A stretch of DNA of 60,109 nt, filler included. It is 6 parts of 6 records of this genome, joined end to end, with 100 filler letters (N's around TTAATTAATTAA, not from the genome) between each part and the next. Parts side by side here need not be neighbours in the genome. Positions count along the whole stretch, not along the records: positions 1 to 21,872 come from DRR723986_1298; 5 more parts are not named here. The stretch is one strand, 5' to 3'. Position numbers and translations under genes: made by a program. Under the pieces are notes generated by a model. The model was not told where the DNA came from, searched no databases, and saw nothing but the letters and a program-made list of their open reading frames with translations. How positions within the stretch are numbered: the first letter of the stretch is position 1; each line of letters begins with the position of its first letter. Positions 9,259 to 20,627 of the stretch are shown here, one piece after another.

Positions 9259-10433
9259 CTTTCCGTCCTTTCGTCCTGTGCCGCCACCGCGGGCGCATTC
9301 AGGATCATTTGAAACCGCTCGGGCCCATCGGGGGTGCCATCCAACCGATCTTGGGCACAGACATAAATGGTGGGCGCGCTCGGGGTTTGATTGCGCGACA
9401 GGGGCTGAAATTCGGCGGCCTCGTCATCGGCAAAAAACACCGAATGATAGCCCAAGGCATCGCGCCCCAGCCCCGTGGGCGCCACCTGCGCGGCAAAGGT
9501 CCAGACCCGCGCCGACAGGCTGCGCGCCGGGTGTAATTTGGGCCGGCCGGGCGCGGCACCCAGCAGCGCTGGCAGGGCCAAAGGATCGCCGTTAAACACC
9601 ACTGTGTGTGCCGCGATCTGGCTGCCATCCGCCAGGCACACCCCCGCCACGCGCCCGCCTTGGTGCAAGATGCGCTGCACCCCGGTGCCAAGGCGCAGCT
9701 GGCCGCCCAAATCAACAAACCGCCGCGCCAGGGCCTGCGCCAGCGCCGCCATGCCCCCGCGCACCGCCCAAACGCCCTGCGCCTCGGCCTGCCAGACCAG
9801 CCCCAGCACCGCCGGCGCCAGCAAGGGGTTGCCGCCCACATAGGTGGCATAGCGGCCAAAGAGCTGGCGCAGCTTTGGCTGGCGAAAACTGGCGCGCAAC
9901 GCGCTGTGCAGGCTGCGCCCCGGCGCCAGCCATGGCCAAATGGCAGGGCGCATCAGCGCCGCACGGGCCGCCGGGCCAATGCGGGGCTGGGGGCTGCGCA
10001 TGATCGGGCCATCAAAGGCCTGAAACAGCTGTGCAGTGGCGCGCGAAAAGCGCAGGAAATCTTGCCGCGCCCGCGCGCCAAAGGCCGCCTCGATCGCGGC
10101 GGCATTGGCCTCGGGGCTGTGGCCCAGATCCAGCCGCGTGCCATCGGGCCAGAAATGGCGGGCCAATTCGGGCAGGGGCTGCAGATCAAGCGCCGCGTCA
10201 AGGCTGGCGCCGGTATCGTGAAACAGTTGCGCCAAAACATCGCGCAGCGTCAGCACTGTGGGCCCGGCATCGACCGGGCCTGCCGCGCTGGGCATTTGGC
10301 GCATTTTGCCCCCGGGCCAGGGGTGCGCGTCGCATAGGGTAACAGCCCGGCCCGCCGCGGCCAAACGCATGGCCGCAGCCAGCCCGCCCATGCCAGCCCC
10401 AACGACGACAACACTGTCTTTGCCATTTTCCAT
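8880..10433 (-). CDS. crtD: 1-hydroxycarotenoid 3,4-desaturase
   Basis: VVGAGMGGLAAA, DAGPTVLT, LFGRYATYVG, HPGAGVPMA; start trimmed to MENGKDS. Confidence 0.95.
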   Translation of the reverse strand: MENGKDSVVVVGAGMGGLAAAMRLAAAGRAVTLCDAHPWPGGKMRQMPSAAGPVDAGPTVLTLRDVLAQLFHDTGASLDAALDLQPLPELARHFWPDGTRLDLGHSPEANAAAIEAAFGARARQDFLRFSRATAQLFQAFDGPIMRSPQPRIGPAARAALMRPAIWPWLAPGRSLHSALRASFRQPKLRQLFGRYATYVGGNPLLAPAVLGLVWQAEAQGVWAVRGGMAALAQALARRFVDLGGQLRLGTGVQRILHQGGRVAGVCLADGSQIAAHTVVFNGDPLALPALLGAAPGRPKLHPARSLSARVWTFAAQVAPTGLGRDALGYHSVFFADDEAAEFQPLSRNQTPSAPTIYVCAQDRLDGTPDGPERFQMILNAPAVAAQDERTERCQNHPLARLRHFGLQMGPWPQAAQLTTPAQFAQLFPASQGALYGQSPNSTWATFQRPQARTGLAGLYLAGGGVHPGAGVPMALLSGQHAAQAVQSDQISPARSRLMAMRGGMSTVSATAARGRFL

Positions 10434-10463
10434 GTCAGGAATTCTTGACTCGCAGCAAAAATA

Positions 10464-10505
10464 TGTCCAGTTTAATTTACACACACCTGTCATGTTTTTT
10501 AGACA
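10464..10505. promoter_or_regulatory. Two PpsR/CrtJ operators in the divergent crtD/crtE promoter
   Basis: TGTccagtttaatttACA at 10464-10481 and TGTcatgttttttagACA at 10488-10505; near-match TGT-N12-ACT at 10433-10450. Confidence 0.88.
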
Positions 10506-10524
10506 TGCCGCAAAGGAGACTGCC

Positions 10525-11403
10525 GTGGATCTGGGTTTACGCATCGACAAGGCCATGACCGCCGCGATTTCGCAGGCACAAGGCACAAGCGAACCAGCCG
10601 GCACCGTGCCCGGCCGCCTGGCTGCCGCGCTGAATTACGCCGTAACGCCGGGGGGCGCGCGCATTCGGCCCACAATATGCCTATCGGTGGCACGCGCCTG
10701 CGGCGACGACGCCCCAGACCTAGCCGATCGCGCAGCCGTTGCGCTGGAAATGATACACTGCGCCTCGCTGGTGCATGACGATCTGCCCTGTTTCGATGAT
10801 GCCAGCTTTCGGCGCGGCAAACCCACCTTGCACCTGGCATTTTCCGAGCCGCTGGCGGTGCTGACGGGCGACAGCCTGATCATCGCCGCCTTCGAGGCGC
10901 TGGCCGCAGCCGGCCCCCACCACGCCCCGCGCGCGCTGCAGCTGCTGCAGCTGCTGGGGCGCCACACCGGCATGCCGCATGGCATTTGCGCAGGCCAAGG
11001 CTGGGAAAGCGAGGCGCAGGTTGATCTGCGCGCCTATCACCGCTCGAAAACCGCGGCGCTGTTCGTGGCCGCCACCCAGATGGGCGCGGTGGCCGCCGGC
11101 CACGAGGCCCAGCCATGGGCCGAATTGGGCGACCGCATTGGCGAGGCTTTCCAAGTGGCAGACGATCTGCGCGATGCGCTTTATGATGCGCAAACCCTGG
11201 GCAAACCCACCGGCCAAGACAAGGCGCACAGCCGCCCCTCGGCCGTGGAAGAGCTGGGCGTAGATGGCGCCATCCGCCGCCTGAAAGATTGCCTGGGCGG
11301 CGCCATCGCCAGCATTCCCTCGTGCCCGGGCGAGGCAGGGCTGGCACAGATGGTGCGCCTTTATGCCGACCGCATGACCCCCAGCCTACCCGCCAAGGCC
11401 TGA
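10525..11403 (+). CDS. crtE: Geranylgeranyl diphosphate synthase
   Basis: GGARIRP, HCASLVHDDLPCFD, FQVADD; GTG start after AAGGAG. Confidence 0.95.
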   Translation: MDLGLRIDKAMTAAISQAQGTSEPAGTVPGRLAAALNYAVTPGGARIRPTICLSVARACGDDAPDLADRAAVALEMIHCASLVHDDLPCFDDASFRRGKPTLHLAFSEPLAVLTGDSLIIAAFEALAAAGPHHAPRALQLLQLLGRHTGMPHGICAGQGWESEAQVDLRAYHRSKTAALFVAATQMGAVAAGHEAQPWAELGDRIGEAFQVADDLRDALYDAQTLGKPTGQDKAHSRPSAVEELGVDGAIRRLKDCLGGAIASIPSCPGEAGLAQMVRLYADRMTPSLPAKA

Positions 11404-11405
11404 TC

Positions 11406-12542
11406 GTGGCCGATGCCGCCCACCCGCCTGCGGGGCGCAGCACGCCCGAGCGGCCCGCGCGCCTGCATGGCTGGCTGAACCGGCTGGTTGCCAGCCCCGG
11501 CTTTCAGCGGTTTTGCACCCGCGTGCCCGGCCTAAGCCATCTGGCCCGGCGCGAAGGCGCGGCGCTGTTTGGGGTGATGCAGGGCTTTGTTGAAAGCCAG
11601 GCGCTGATGGCGCTGGTGGAACTGGGCGCGCTGGAACGGCTGGCGCGCGCACCCGCCACCACGCCTGCGCTGGCCCGCGCCCTGAACATCCCCGCCGAGC
11701 GGCTACAGGTATTGCTGCAGGCGGGCGCCGCAATGCAGCTGCTGAAACGCCGGCGCGATGGCCGCTTTGCCCTATCGCCACGCGGCGCTGCGTTTTTATC
11801 CATGCCAGCCCTGCCCGCCTTGGTGCGCCACCACCGCGTGCTTTATGCAGATCTGGCCGATCCAGCGGCTTTCTTTCGCGGCGAAACCCAACCCGAACTG
11901 GCGCAGTTTTGGCCCTATGTGTTTGGGCCCGGCGCCCAGATCGACCCAGGCGCAACCGCGCGCTATTCAGAACTGATGGCCGAAAGCCAGGCCCTGGTCA
12001 CGCAAGATGCGCTGGCCAGCCTGTCGTTTAAGGGCGTGCAATCGCTGCTTGATGTGGGTGGCGGCACCGGTGTGTTTTTGCGCGCCCTGCACGCGCGCGC
12101 ACCACAGCTGCAGCTGGCCCTGTTTGACCTGCCCCAAGTGGTAGATCAAAGCACCCTACCGCAAGCCATCGCCCGGCATGGCGGCTCGTTTCGCACCGAT
12201 GCTTTGCCCAAAGGCGCCGATATGATCACACTGATCCGTGTGCTGTTTGACCATGCCGACAGCACGGTTTTAACCCTGCTGCAGCGCTGCCACCACGCCC
12301 TGCCCCCCGGCGGGCGGCTGGCGATAGTCGAGCCGATGTCAGGCGGGGCCAGCCCCGACCCGCACACGGATGTGTATTTTTCAATTTACACATTGGCCAT
12401 GCAAACCGGCCGCACCCGCAGCGCCGATGAGATTGCAGCACTGCTCAGCCAATGCGATTTCGCTGAAATAAAGGCCAAAAAGGGCAAACGCCCCTTTGTG
12501 ACCAGCGTGATCGAGGCGCAAAAGCCCCACAGCCCCAGTTAG
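11406..12542 (+). CDS. crtF: Demethylspheroidene O-methyltransferase
   Basis: FWPYVFG, LDVGGGTG SAM motif, AMQTGRTRS; start approximate. Confidence 0.93.
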   Translation: MADAAHPPAGRSTPERPARLHGWLNRLVASPGFQRFCTRVPGLSHLARREGAALFGVMQGFVESQALMALVELGALERLARAPATTPALARALNIPAERLQVLLQAGAAMQLLKRRRDGRFALSPRGAAFLSMPALPALVRHHRVLYADLADPAAFFRGETQPELAQFWPYVFGPGAQIDPGATARYSELMAESQALVTQDALASLSFKGVQSLLDVGGGTGVFLRALHARAPQLQLALFDLPQVVDQSTLPQAIARHGGSFRTDALPKGADMITLIRVLFDHADSTVLTLLQRCHHALPPGGRLAIVEPMSGGASPDPHTDVYFSIYTLAMQTGRTRSADEIAALLSQCDFAEIKAKKGKRPFVTSVIEAQKPHSPS

Positions 12543-12555
12543 CAGCGCCAGCTTG

Positions 12556-12599
12556 TGTCAATTAATATTGACAGAAAAAAGTGTAAGTATAAGATTACA
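12556..12599. promoter_or_regulatory. Tandem PpsR/CrtJ operators 8 bp apart upstream of bchC
   Basis: TGTcaattaatattgACA at 12556-12573 and TGTaagtataagattACA at 12582-12599; classic bchC promoter geometry. Confidence 0.92.
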
Positions 12600-12661
12600 A
12601 CAAGGCGTCGACTCGAGTGAACACTCGCATAAAACGGCGCCGCACCCGCATGGAGGCGAAT

Positions 12662-13618
12662 TTGCAGACAGAGGCCATCCTTCTTTCAGCCCCACGTCAA
12701 ATAGGCGTGCAGCAGGTGGGTATTACCCCGCCTGGGCGGTCGGATGTGGTGGTCGAGATTGCGCATTCCGGCATCTCTAGCGGCACAGAAAAGCTGTTTT
12801 GGTCGGGTGATATGCCCCCCTTTCCCGGCATGGGCTATCCGCTGGTGCCCGGCTACGAGGCCGTGGGCGAGGTGGTCGAGGCGGGCGCAGATAGCGGGCT
12901 GAAATGTGGCGACCGGGTTTTTGTGCCCGGCGCAAGCTGCTTTACCACCAGCGCCGATGCCCAGGTTTTCGCCCTGTTTGGTGGTGCGGCACGGCGGCTG
13001 GTCAGCGATGCATCGCGCGTGGTGCAGGTAGATGCGGGCCTGGGCGCCGAGGGCGCGCTGCTGGCCCTGGCGGCAACCGCACACCACGCCATAGCCGGCA
13101 GTCAAGGCCGCTTTGCCGGGCTGATTGTGGGCCATGGCGCCCTGGGGCGGTTGCTGGCGCGCATCACCATGGCGCTGGGCGGCCCTGCCCCAACGGTTTG
13201 GGAAACCAACCCCGCGCGTATGGGCGGCGCCACGGGCTATCATGTTTGCGCGCCCGAAACCGCGCCTGAGGCGCGCTATGATCTTATCATCGATGCCTCG
13301 GGCGCCCATGGGCAGCTCGACCGGCTGATCACACATTTGGCCCCGGGGGGCGAGGTGGTTTTGGCCGGGTTTTACACCCAGCCCCTTAGCTTTGCCTTTG
13401 TTCCCGCCTTCCTGCGCGAGGCGCGTTTGCGCGTGGCCGCAGAATGGCAGCCCGCCGATCTGCACGCCACCCGCGCGCTGCTGGATCGGGGCGCGCTGTC
13501 TTTGGCCGGGCTGATCACCCACCACACCGCACCAGCCCAGGCAGAAGCCGCCTATCAGCGCGCCTTCACCGACCCGGACTGCCTGAAAATGATTATCGAC
13601 TGGGAGAGCGCCGCATGA
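12662..13618 (+). CDS. bchC: Bacteriochlorophyllide a dehydrogenase
   Basis: [38 protein letters not shown] start after GGAGG. Confidence 0.95.
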   Translation: MQTEAILLSAPRQIGVQQVGITPPGRSDVVVEIAHSGISSGTEKLFWSGDMPPFPGMGYPLVPGYEAVGEVVEAGADSGLKCGDRVFVPGASCFTTSADAQVFALFGGAARRLVSDASRVVQVDAGLGAEGALLALAATAHHAIAGSQGRFAGLIVGHGALGRLLARITMALGGPAPTVWETNPARMGGATGYHVCAPETAPEARYDLIIDASGAHGQLDRLITHLAPGGEVVLAGFYTQPLSFAFVPAFLREARLRVAAEWQPADLHATRALLDRGALSLAGLITHHTAPAQAEAAYQRAFTDPDCLKMIIDWESAA

Positions 13619-14619
13619 CACTGGATATTCCAAACCTGAAGGCCATGGACGCACGCCTGCGCCAAGAGGCGCATGAAGAGCCCACGCTAGAGGTGCCCCA
13701 AGACCCCCCCAGCAAACACACGCAGATCATCGCGATCTATGGCAAGGGCGGCATTGGCAAAAGCTTCACACTGGCCAATCTAAGCTGCATGATGGCCGAA
13801 ATGGGCAAGCGCGTGCTGCTGATCGGCTGTGACCCGAAATCAGATACCACCAGCCTGCTGTTTGGCGGCAAGGCCTGCCCCACCATCATCGAAACCTCGA
13901 CCACCAAAAAACTGGCGGGCGAAGAGGTGCAAATTGGCGATGTATGTTTCAAGCGCCACGGCGTTTTCGCGATGGAGCTGGGCGGCCCCGAAGTGGGCCG
14001 TGGCTGCGGCGGGCGCGGCATCATTCACGGCTTTGAGCTGCTGGAAAAGCTGGGCTTTCACGACTGGGATTTCGACTATGTCTTGCTCGATTTTCTGGGC
14101 GATGTGGTGTGCGGCGGCTTTGGCCTGCCCATTGCCCGGGATATGGCGCAAAAGGTTATTCTGGTGGCCTCGAACGATCTGCAATCGCTCTATGTGGCCA
14201 ATAATGTCTGCTCGGCCGTGGAATATTTCCGCAAACTGGGCGGCAATGTCGGCGTGGCCGGGCTGGTGATCAACAAAGATGATGGCACCGGCGAGGCGCA
14301 AGGCTTTGCCAAGGCGGCCGGTATCGACATTCTGGCCAGCATCCCGGCCGATGAAGACCTGCGGCGCAAATCGGCCAATTACCAGATTGTGGGCACCGCC
14401 AACAGCCAATGGGGTAGCCTGTTTGAAGGGCTGGCCAGCGCCGTGGCCGAGGCCCCGCCAATGCGCCCCCGCCCGCTGGATCAAGACGGGCTGCTGGCGC
14501 TGTTTGACAGCAAGGAAACCGGTGGCGACGTGGTGCTGGAACCGGCCACCGACGCCGATATGCGCGGCAAATATTCTCAGCCCGCAGTCTCGCTCGAGGT
14601 GATCTATGACGACGCCTAA
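13615..14619 (+). CDS. bchX: Chlorophyllide a reductase iron protein X
   Basis: [31 protein letters not shown]. Confidence 0.97.
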   Translation: MTLDIPNLKAMDARLRQEAHEEPTLEVPQDPPSKHTQIIAIYGKGGIGKSFTLANLSCMMAEMGKRVLLIGCDPKSDTTSLLFGGKACPTIIETSTTKKLAGEEVQIGDVCFKRHGVFAMELGGPEVGRGCGGRGIIHGFELLEKLGFHDWDFDYVLLDFLGDVVCGGFGLPIARDMAQKVILVASNDLQSLYVANNVCSAVEYFRKLGGNVGVAGLVINKDDGTGEAQGFAKAAGIDILASIPADEDLRRKSANYQIVGTANSQWGSLFEGLASAVAEAPPMRPRPLDQDGLLALFDSKETGGDVVLEPATDADMRGKYSQPAVSLEVIYDDA

Positions 14620-16135
14620 GCCCCCCAGCGCCCAAAGCGCACCAACACCCCCGCAGGCCGATGGCATGGGCTGCCACGCCCCGGCCGAGGCCATGCAGGC
14701 CCAGGCCCGTGCCGCGGGCAATGGCGAGATTTTGGATCAATTCGCAGCCGATTATCCGCGCGGCCCCCATGACAAACCCGAATCCATGTGCCCCGCCTTT
14801 GGCTCGTTGCGAGTGGGGCTGCGCATGCGCCGGGTGGGCACCATCTTGTCTGGCTCAGCCTGCTGCGTTTACGGGCTGTCGTTTGTCTCGCATTTCTATG
14901 GCGCGCGCCGCTCGGTGGGCTATGTGCCGTTCAGTTCCGAAACGCTGGTTACGGGCAAGCTGTTCGAAGACATCCGCGAGGCGGTGTATAAAATGGCCGA
15001 CAGCGCACGCTATGACGCGCTGGTCGTCACCAACCTATGCGTGCCCACCGCCAGCGGGGTGCCTTTGCGCCTGCTGCCGCGCGAAATCGACGGTGTGCGC
15101 ATCATTGGCATCGATGTGCCAGGCTTTGGCGTGCCAACCCATGCCGAGGCCAAGGATGTGCTGGCCGGCGCCATGCTGAAATACGCCCGCGAAGAGGCAC
15201 AGGCCGGCCCCGTTGCCGCCCCTGCCCGCGGCCGCACCACCCGCCCCAGCGTTACCCTGCTGGGCGAGATGTTTCCCGCAGATCCCATGATGATTGGCGC
15301 CATGCTGGCCCCCATGGGACTAGAGGCAGGCCCGGTGCTGCCCGCGCGCGAATGGCGCGAGATGTATGCCGCGCTGGATGGTGCGGCGGTGGCGGCCATT
15401 CATCCGTTTTACACCGCCAGTATCCGCGAATTTCAGGCCGCGGGCCGGCCCATCATCGGCTCGGCCCCTGTGGGGGTTGAGGGCACGCGCGCTTGGCTGG
15501 CGGCGATTGGTGCAGCGCTAGAGATACCGCAGCCGCAGGTGGCCGCCGCCCAAAACGCATTTTTGCCCGCCATCAAGGCCGCGCTGGCTGCCGCCCCCAT
15601 ACGCGGGCGTATCACGCTTTCGGGCTACGAGGGGTCGGAATTGCTGGTGGCGCGGCTTTTGGTCGAAAGCGGCGCCGATGTGGCCTATGTGGGCACCGCC
15701 TGCGCCGCCAGCCCATGGAGCGCCGATGACAGGGCCTGGCTGGAAAGCCGCGGTATTGCGGTGAAATTCCGCGCCTCGCTGGCCGATGATCTGGCCGCGG
15801 TTGATGGGCTGTCCCCCGATCTGGCCATCGGCACCACCCCGGTGGTGCAGCACGCCAAAGAGCGGGGCATCCCTGCGCTTTATTTCACCAACCTGATTTC
15901 CGCCCGCCCGCTGATGGGCCCGGCAGGTGCCGGCAGCTTGGCCGAGGTGATCAACGCCGCCATCGCCGGACGCCCGCGTATGGATAAGATGCGCGCCTTT
16001 TTCGAAGGCGTGGGCACAGGCGATAGCACCGGCATCTGGGAAGGCGCGCCCAACCTGCGCCCCGAATTCCGCGATCGCCAGCTGAAAAAGCTGGAAAAGG
16101 CCCGCCGCGCCGCCAAAGCCGAGGAGATGATCTGA
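14606..16135 (+). CDS. bchY: Chlorophyllide a reductase subunit Y
   Basis: [34 protein letters not shown]. Confidence 0.97.
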   Translation: MTTPKPPSAQSAPTPPQADGMGCHAPAEAMQAQARAAGNGEILDQFAADYPRGPHDKPESMCPAFGSLRVGLRMRRVGTILSGSACCVYGLSFVSHFYGARRSVGYVPFSSETLVTGKLFEDIREAVYKMADSARYDALVVTNLCVPTASGVPLRLLPREIDGVRIIGIDVPGFGVPTHAEAKDVLAGAMLKYAREEAQAGPVAAPARGRTTRPSVTLLGEMFPADPMMIGAMLAPMGLEAGPVLPAREWREMYAALDGAAVAAIHPFYTASIREFQAAGRPIIGSAPVGVEGTRAWLAAIGAALEIPQPQVAAAQNAFLPAIKAALAAAPIRGRITLSGYEGSELLVARLLVESGADVAYVGTACAASPWSADDRAWLESRGIAVKFRASLADDLAAVDGLSPDLAIGTTPVVQHAKERGIPALYFTNLISARPLMGPAGAGSLAEVINAAIAGRPRMDKMRAFFEGVGTGDSTGIWEGAPNLRPEFRDRQLKKLEKARRAAKAEEMI

Positions 16136-17595
16136 TGCTGGTCGAAGATCATGATCGTGCGGGCGGCTATTGGGGCGCGGTTTACGCCTTTTGCGCCGTC
16201 AAGGGCCTGCAAGTTGTGATCGACGGGCCAGTGGGCTGTGAAAACCTGCCCGTGACATCGGTGTTGCACTACACCGATGCCCTGCCCCCCCATGAATTGC
16301 CCATCGTCACCACGGGCCTTGGCGAAGAAGAGCTGGGCCGCGATGGCACCGAGGGCGCAATGCGCCGGGCCTGGCAAACGCTGGATCCTGCCTTGCCAGC
16401 GGTGGTGGTCACAGGGTCGATTGCCGAAATGATCGGCGGCGGCGTTACGCCCCAGGGCACGAATATTCAGCGCTTTTTGCCCCGCACCATCGACGAGGAT
16501 CAATGGCAGGCGGCCGATCGCGCCATGACGTGGATTTTCACCGAATTCGGCATGACCAAGGGCCGCATGCCCCCCGAGGCCAAACGCCCCGAAGGCGCGC
16601 GCCCGCGGGTGAATATCCTGGGCCCGATGTATGGCACGTTCAACATGCCCTCGGATCTGGCCGAAATCCGCCGCCTGGTCGAAGGCATCGGCGCCGAGGT
16701 GAACATGGTGATGCCCATGGGCGCCCATCTGGCCGAAATGCGCAATCTGGTGAATGCCGACGCCAATATCGTGATGTATCGCGAATTTGGCCGCGGCCTG
16801 GCCCAGGTGTTGGGCAAGCCCTATCTGCAAGCGCCCATTGGCCTGGAATCGACCACCCTATTCCTGCGCAGCCTGGGCGATATGCTGGGGCTGGACCCCG
16901 AGCCATTCATCACCCGCGAAAAACATTCCACGCTTAAACCTGTCTGGGATTTGTGGCGCTCGGTTACGCAAGATTTTTACGCCACCGCCTCCTTTGGCAT
17001 TGTTGCCAACGAAACCTATACCCGCGGCTTGCGCAATTATCTGGAAAACGATTTGGGCCTGCCTTGCGCCTTTGCAGTGCCACGGGTGGCGGGGCAGAAA
17101 ACCGATAATTTCGATGTGCGCGCGCAACTGGCCGAAAAGCGGCCCCTGGTTGTGTTCGGATCGATCAACGAAAAAATCTATATGGCCGAGGCGAAAGCAG
17201 GCTTTGGCCCGGCGCCCTCGTTCATTGCGGCCAGCTTTCCAGGCGCCGCCATTCGCCGCCACACCGGCACGCCCTTTATGGGCTATGCCGGCGCCACCTA
17301 TGTGCTGCAAGAGCTGTGCAATGGCCTGTTTGATGCGCTGTTTCACATCCTGCCCTTGGCCAGCGACATGGATGCAGCCCCCGCCACGCCCAGCCGCATG
17401 GCGCGCAGCCTGCCCTGGTCAGAGCAGGCCCAAACCGAATTGGACCGGATTGTTGCAAAACACCCGATCTTAACCCGCATTTCCGCCGCCCGCCAACTGC
17501 GCGACGCCATCGAGCGCGCCGCACTGGATGCCGGGGCCGAGGAAATCAGCAGCGATCTGGTGCGCGGCGCAAGCCTCGCCACAGCTGCGCCATGA
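16135..17595 (+). CDS. bchZ: Chlorophyllide a reductase subunit Z
   Basis: [24 protein letters not shown]-terminal PCP_red-like domain. Confidence 0.97.
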   Translation: MLVEDHDRAGGYWGAVYAFCAVKGLQVVIDGPVGCENLPVTSVLHYTDALPPHELPIVTTGLGEEELGRDGTEGAMRRAWQTLDPALPAVVVTGSIAEMIGGGVTPQGTNIQRFLPRTIDEDQWQAADRAMTWIFTEFGMTKGRMPPEAKRPEGARPRVNILGPMYGTFNMPSDLAEIRRLVEGIGAEVNMVMPMGAHLAEMRNLVNADANIVMYREFGRGLAQVLGKPYLQAPIGLESTTLFLRSLGDMLGLDPEPFITREKHSTLKPVWDLWRSVTQDFYATASFGIVANETYTRGLRNYLENDLGLPCAFAVPRVAGQKTDNFDVRAQLAEKRPLVVFGSINEKIYMAEAKAGFGPAPSFIAASFPGAAIRRHTGTPFMGYAGATYVLQELCNGLFDALFHILPLASDMDAAPATPSRMARSLPWSEQAQTELDRIVAKHPILTRISAARQLRDAIERAALDAGAEEISSDLVRGASLATAAP

Positions 17596-17608
17596 GAGGA
17601 GAAGAAAA

Positions 17609-17830
17609 ATGACTGATCTCCGCGTAAACGGGGCCCGGCCCCGGGGCGTGCCAACGCATAGCCTGGAATACGATTTCTATTTCGCAACCGTCTTTGTGGT
17701 GGCGCTGTTTGTCGGGGTGCAAACCTGGACATGGCGGCTGATCACCCAGCGGCGATTGCCGAAAAACGGGCCGATCAAACGGGCGTTGAAAGATGCCCAT
17801 GTGATCGCCCCGATCATATTCCGCAGCTGA
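17609..17830 (+). CDS. pufQ: PufQ
   Basis: 73 aa with EYDFYFATVFVV and a C-terminal IAPIIF; first puf gene after bchZ; GAGGAG upstream. Confidence 0.88.
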   Translation: MTDLRVNGARPRGVPTHSLEYDFYFATVFVVALFVGVQTWTWRLITQRRLPKNGPIKRALKDAHVIAPIIFRS

Positions 17831-17943
17831 CACTGCGGGATGCAAGTTCCCGTGGGCCAGGGTCTGCGGGAGAGGTGCCCGGCGCAAGCCGGCGCCATCC
17901 CAGCCGCAGGGGGTGCGGTGCAGTCTGATATCCGGAGGTTATT

Positions 17944-18093
17944 ATGACTGGAAAATCTGATCTGTCCTTCACAGGTCTTACCGATGAGCAGGCCCAGGAA
18001 CTGCACTCGGTCTATATGAGCGGGCTTTGGCTGTTCGTCACCATCGCGGTGATCGCTCACTTGGCCGTGTTCATCTGGCGTCCTTGGTTCTGA
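17944..18093 (+). CDS. pufB: Light-harvesting complex 1 beta chain (not in ORF track)
   Basis: Hand translation gives [57 protein letters not shown]. Confidence 0.97.
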   Translation: MTGKSDLSFTGLTDEQAQELHSVYMSGLWLFVTIAVIAHLAVFIWRPWF

Positions 18094-18107
18094 GAGAGGA
18101 TTGAAGC

Positions 18108-18269
18108 ATGAGCAAGTTCTATAAAATTTGGCTGATCTTCGACCCTCGCCGCGTTTTCGTGGCCCAAGGTGTCTTCCTGTTCCTTCTCGCCGCGATGATC
18201 CATCTCGTGCTGTTGTCCAACGACGGCTACAACTGGTTCGAAATCGCAGCGCAGAAATACGGTCGCTAA
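18108..18269 (+). CDS. pufA: Light-harvesting complex 1 alpha chain (not in ORF track)
   Basis: Hand translation gives [53 protein letters not shown]. Confidence 0.97.
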   Translation: MSKFYKIWLIFDPRRVFVAQGVFLFLLAAMIHLVLLSNDGYNWFEIAAQKYGR

Positions 18270-18288
18270 TAGCGCCAAGCGCGCTCGT

Positions 18289-18324
18289 TCTGCGGGCGAA
18301 ATTTGTCCCGATTTCGCCCGCAGA
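18289..18324 (+). promoter_or_regulatory. pufA-pufL intercistronic stem-loop (mRNA stability element)
   Basis: Perfect 14-bp stem tctgcgggcgaaat / atttcgcccgcaga, at the position of the known pufBA-protecting hairpin. Confidence 0.8.
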
Positions 18325-18377
18325 TTCCCATTAAACCCTGACGGCCAATTGGCCGGCAAGCTTACGCGGAGGGAAGC

Positions 18378-19226
18378 ATGGCACTGCTGAGCTTCGAGCG
18401 GAAATACCGCGTGCCAGGCGGCACGTTGGTCGGCGGGAACCTGTTCGACTTTTGGGTCGGGCCCTTCTACGTCGGTTTTTTCGGGGTCACGACGATCTTT
18501 TTCGCCGTCCTCGGAACGCTCTTGATACTTTGGGGGGCCGTGCTGCAAGGCACTTGGAACCCCTGGTTGATATCAATCAACCCGCCCGCCCTGGAATACG
18601 GGTTGGGCATGGCGCCCTTGAAAGAGGGTGGTCTATGGCAAATCATCACGATTTGCGCTGTGGGGGCCTTTGTTTCTTGGGCCCTACGCGAGGTAGAAAT
18701 TTCGCGCAAACTGGGGATGGGGCTGCATGTGCCCTTTGCCTTTGGCGTGGCAATTTTTGCCTATGTGACACTGGTCGTTATTCGCCCACTGCTTATGGGG
18801 GCTTGGGGCTATGCCTTTCCCTATGGGATTTGGACGCATCTCGATTGGGTGTCGAACACGGGCTATAATTACGGCAATTTCCACTATAACCCTGCCCATA
18901 TGATCGCGGTGAGCTTCTTTTTCACCACGACACTGGCGCTGGCCTTGCATGGCGCGCTGATCTTGTCTGCCGCCAACCCCAAGGATGGCGAAAAGATGAA
19001 AACCCCAGATCACGAAGATACATTCTTCCGCGATCTTATCGGGTATTCGGTGGGCACGCTGGGCATTCACCGTGTGGGTCTGTTGCTGGCGCTGAACGCG
19101 GGCTTTTGGTCGGCTGTTTGTATCGTCATCTCGGGCACCATCTGGTTCGACCAATGGGTTTATTGGTGGGATTGGTGGCTGGAACTGCCCTGGTGGGCCG
19201 ATATCGCAGGAGGCGTAAATGGCTGA
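18378..19226 (+). CDS. pufL: Photosynthetic reaction centre L subunit
   Basis: [29 protein letters not shown]. Confidence 0.99.
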   Translation: MALLSFERKYRVPGGTLVGGNLFDFWVGPFYVGFFGVTTIFFAVLGTLLILWGAVLQGTWNPWLISINPPALEYGLGMAPLKEGGLWQIITICAVGAFVSWALREVEISRKLGMGLHVPFAFGVAIFAYVTLVVIRPLLMGAWGYAFPYGIWTHLDWVSNTGYNYGNFHYNPAHMIAVSFFFTTTLALALHGALILSAANPKDGEKMKTPDHEDTFFRDLIGYSVGTLGIHRVGLLLALNAGFWSAVCIVISGTIWFDQWVYWWDWWLELPWWADIAGGVNG

Positions 19227-20142
19227 GTATCAGAACATATTTACCCAAGTGCAGGTTCGTGCCGCACCCGAAATGGGCATGATAGAAGATGTAGACCTAA
19301 GCAACCGCACCAAAAGCGCCAGCTTTTCCAACCTGATGGGCTGGATCGGCAACGCGCAGCTTGGCCCCGTTTATCTGGGTGCCATGGGTGTGCTTAGCCT
19401 TGCGGCCGGTGCCGTATGGTTTGTGATGGTTGGCATGTGGTTCTGGTATCAGGCGGGCTTTAACCCGGCCGTGTTCATGCGCGACCTGTTTTGGTTGTCG
19501 CTCGATCCCCCGGCGCCCGGCTATGGCCTGTCGATCCCGCCCATGGCGGAAGGCGGCTATTACCTGATTGCCTCGTTCTTTTTGCTGATTTCAGTGCTTA
19601 GCTGGTGGGTGCGCACATGGCTGCGCGCCGAGGCGCTGGGCATGGGCAAACACGTGGCATGGGCGTTTTTATCGGCGATCTGGCTGTTCATGGTGTTGGG
19701 CTTTTTCCGCCCCATCCTGATGGGCTCGTGGTCCGAGGCAGTGCCCTATGGCATCTTCACCCATCTCGACTGGACCAACCTGTTCAGCCTGCAATATGGC
19801 AACCTGTTCTATAACCCGTTCCATGCCCTTTCGATTGCCTTCCTTTATGGCTCGGCCCTGCTGTTTGCGATGCATGGCGCGACCATTCTGGCGGTCAGCC
19901 GGTTTGGTGGCGACCGCGAGCTAGAGCAGATCGTGGACCGGGGCACCGCCTCGGAGCGCGCGGCGCTGTTTTGGCGCTGGACCATGGGCTTTAACGCCTC
20001 GATGGAAGGTATTCACCGCTGGGCGTGGTGGTTTGCAGTGCTGTGCACCCTGACGGGCGGTATCGGCATTCTGCTGACAGGCACCGTTGTGGATAACTGG
20101 TCGGACTGGGCAGCCATTCATGGCTATCGCCCCACCTACTAA
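19219..20142 (+). CDS. pufM: Photosynthetic reaction centre M subunit
   Basis: [36 protein letters not shown]. Confidence 0.99.
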   Translation: MAEYQNIFTQVQVRAAPEMGMIEDVDLSNRTKSASFSNLMGWIGNAQLGPVYLGAMGVLSLAAGAVWFVMVGMWFWYQAGFNPAVFMRDLFWLSLDPPAPGYGLSIPPMAEGGYYLIASFFLLISVLSWWVRTWLRAEALGMGKHVAWAFLSAIWLFMVLGFFRPILMGSWSEAVPYGIFTHLDWTNLFSLQYGNLFYNPFHALSIAFLYGSALLFAMHGATILAVSRFGGDRELEQIVDRGTASERAALFWRWTMGFNASMEGIHRWAWWFAVLCTLTGGIGILLTGTVVDNWSDWAAIHGYRPTY

Positions 20143-20154
20143 GAGGATCAAGAC

Positions 20155-20385
20155 ATGGCTGAACATGACTATATCCAAGAAACTCCCACCCAGCGGCTAA
20201 GCCGGTGGATCTTTTCCGAGATGATGCGCGGGGCGGCCTATGCGGCAGTGTTCGTGCTGGGGCTTGGGCTGCTTTTGTGGGGGATTTATCTGGTTGGGTT
20301 GCTGCTGCCGGAAGACAGCAAAACCGCACCCGGCCCCATGCCCTATAGCGCCATCAGCGCCCCCGTTGATCACGCGCAGGCATAA
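20155..20385 (+). CDS. pufX: RC-LH1 core complex protein PufX
   Basis: 76 aa with one TM helix, [16 protein letters not shown]...LLPEDSK; directly after pufM with GAGGA RBS. Confidence 0.85.
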   Translation: MAEHDYIQETPTQRLSRWIFSEMMRGAAYAAVFVLGLGLLLWGIYLVGLLLPEDSKTAPGPMPYSAISAPVDHAQA

Positions 20386-20539
20386 GCGATTGGCACCCGC
20401 CCGGCGCAACAGCTACGGGCGGGGCCCACAGAACCGGGGGCCGGGCCTTGGCCCACCACCCCCAAACCAGGTTTGGCCTGTCAACAGGGCCAAACACCCG
20501 GGCGAGTGACGCCCGGCTCCCTTCCTGGTCTCCAGGAAC

Positions 20540-20576
20540 TGGTGCCGTGCGGTTCTGCCCACGGCACCATTTTTTT
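20540..20576 (+). terminator. Rho-independent terminator of the puf operon
   Basis: tggtgccgtg / cacggcacca stem followed by T7. Confidence 0.8.
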
Positions 20577-20627
20577 GGCGCCTTGCCAGCCAAGGCCGCC
20601 AATGACACCCAAAAAAGGAACCGCGCC

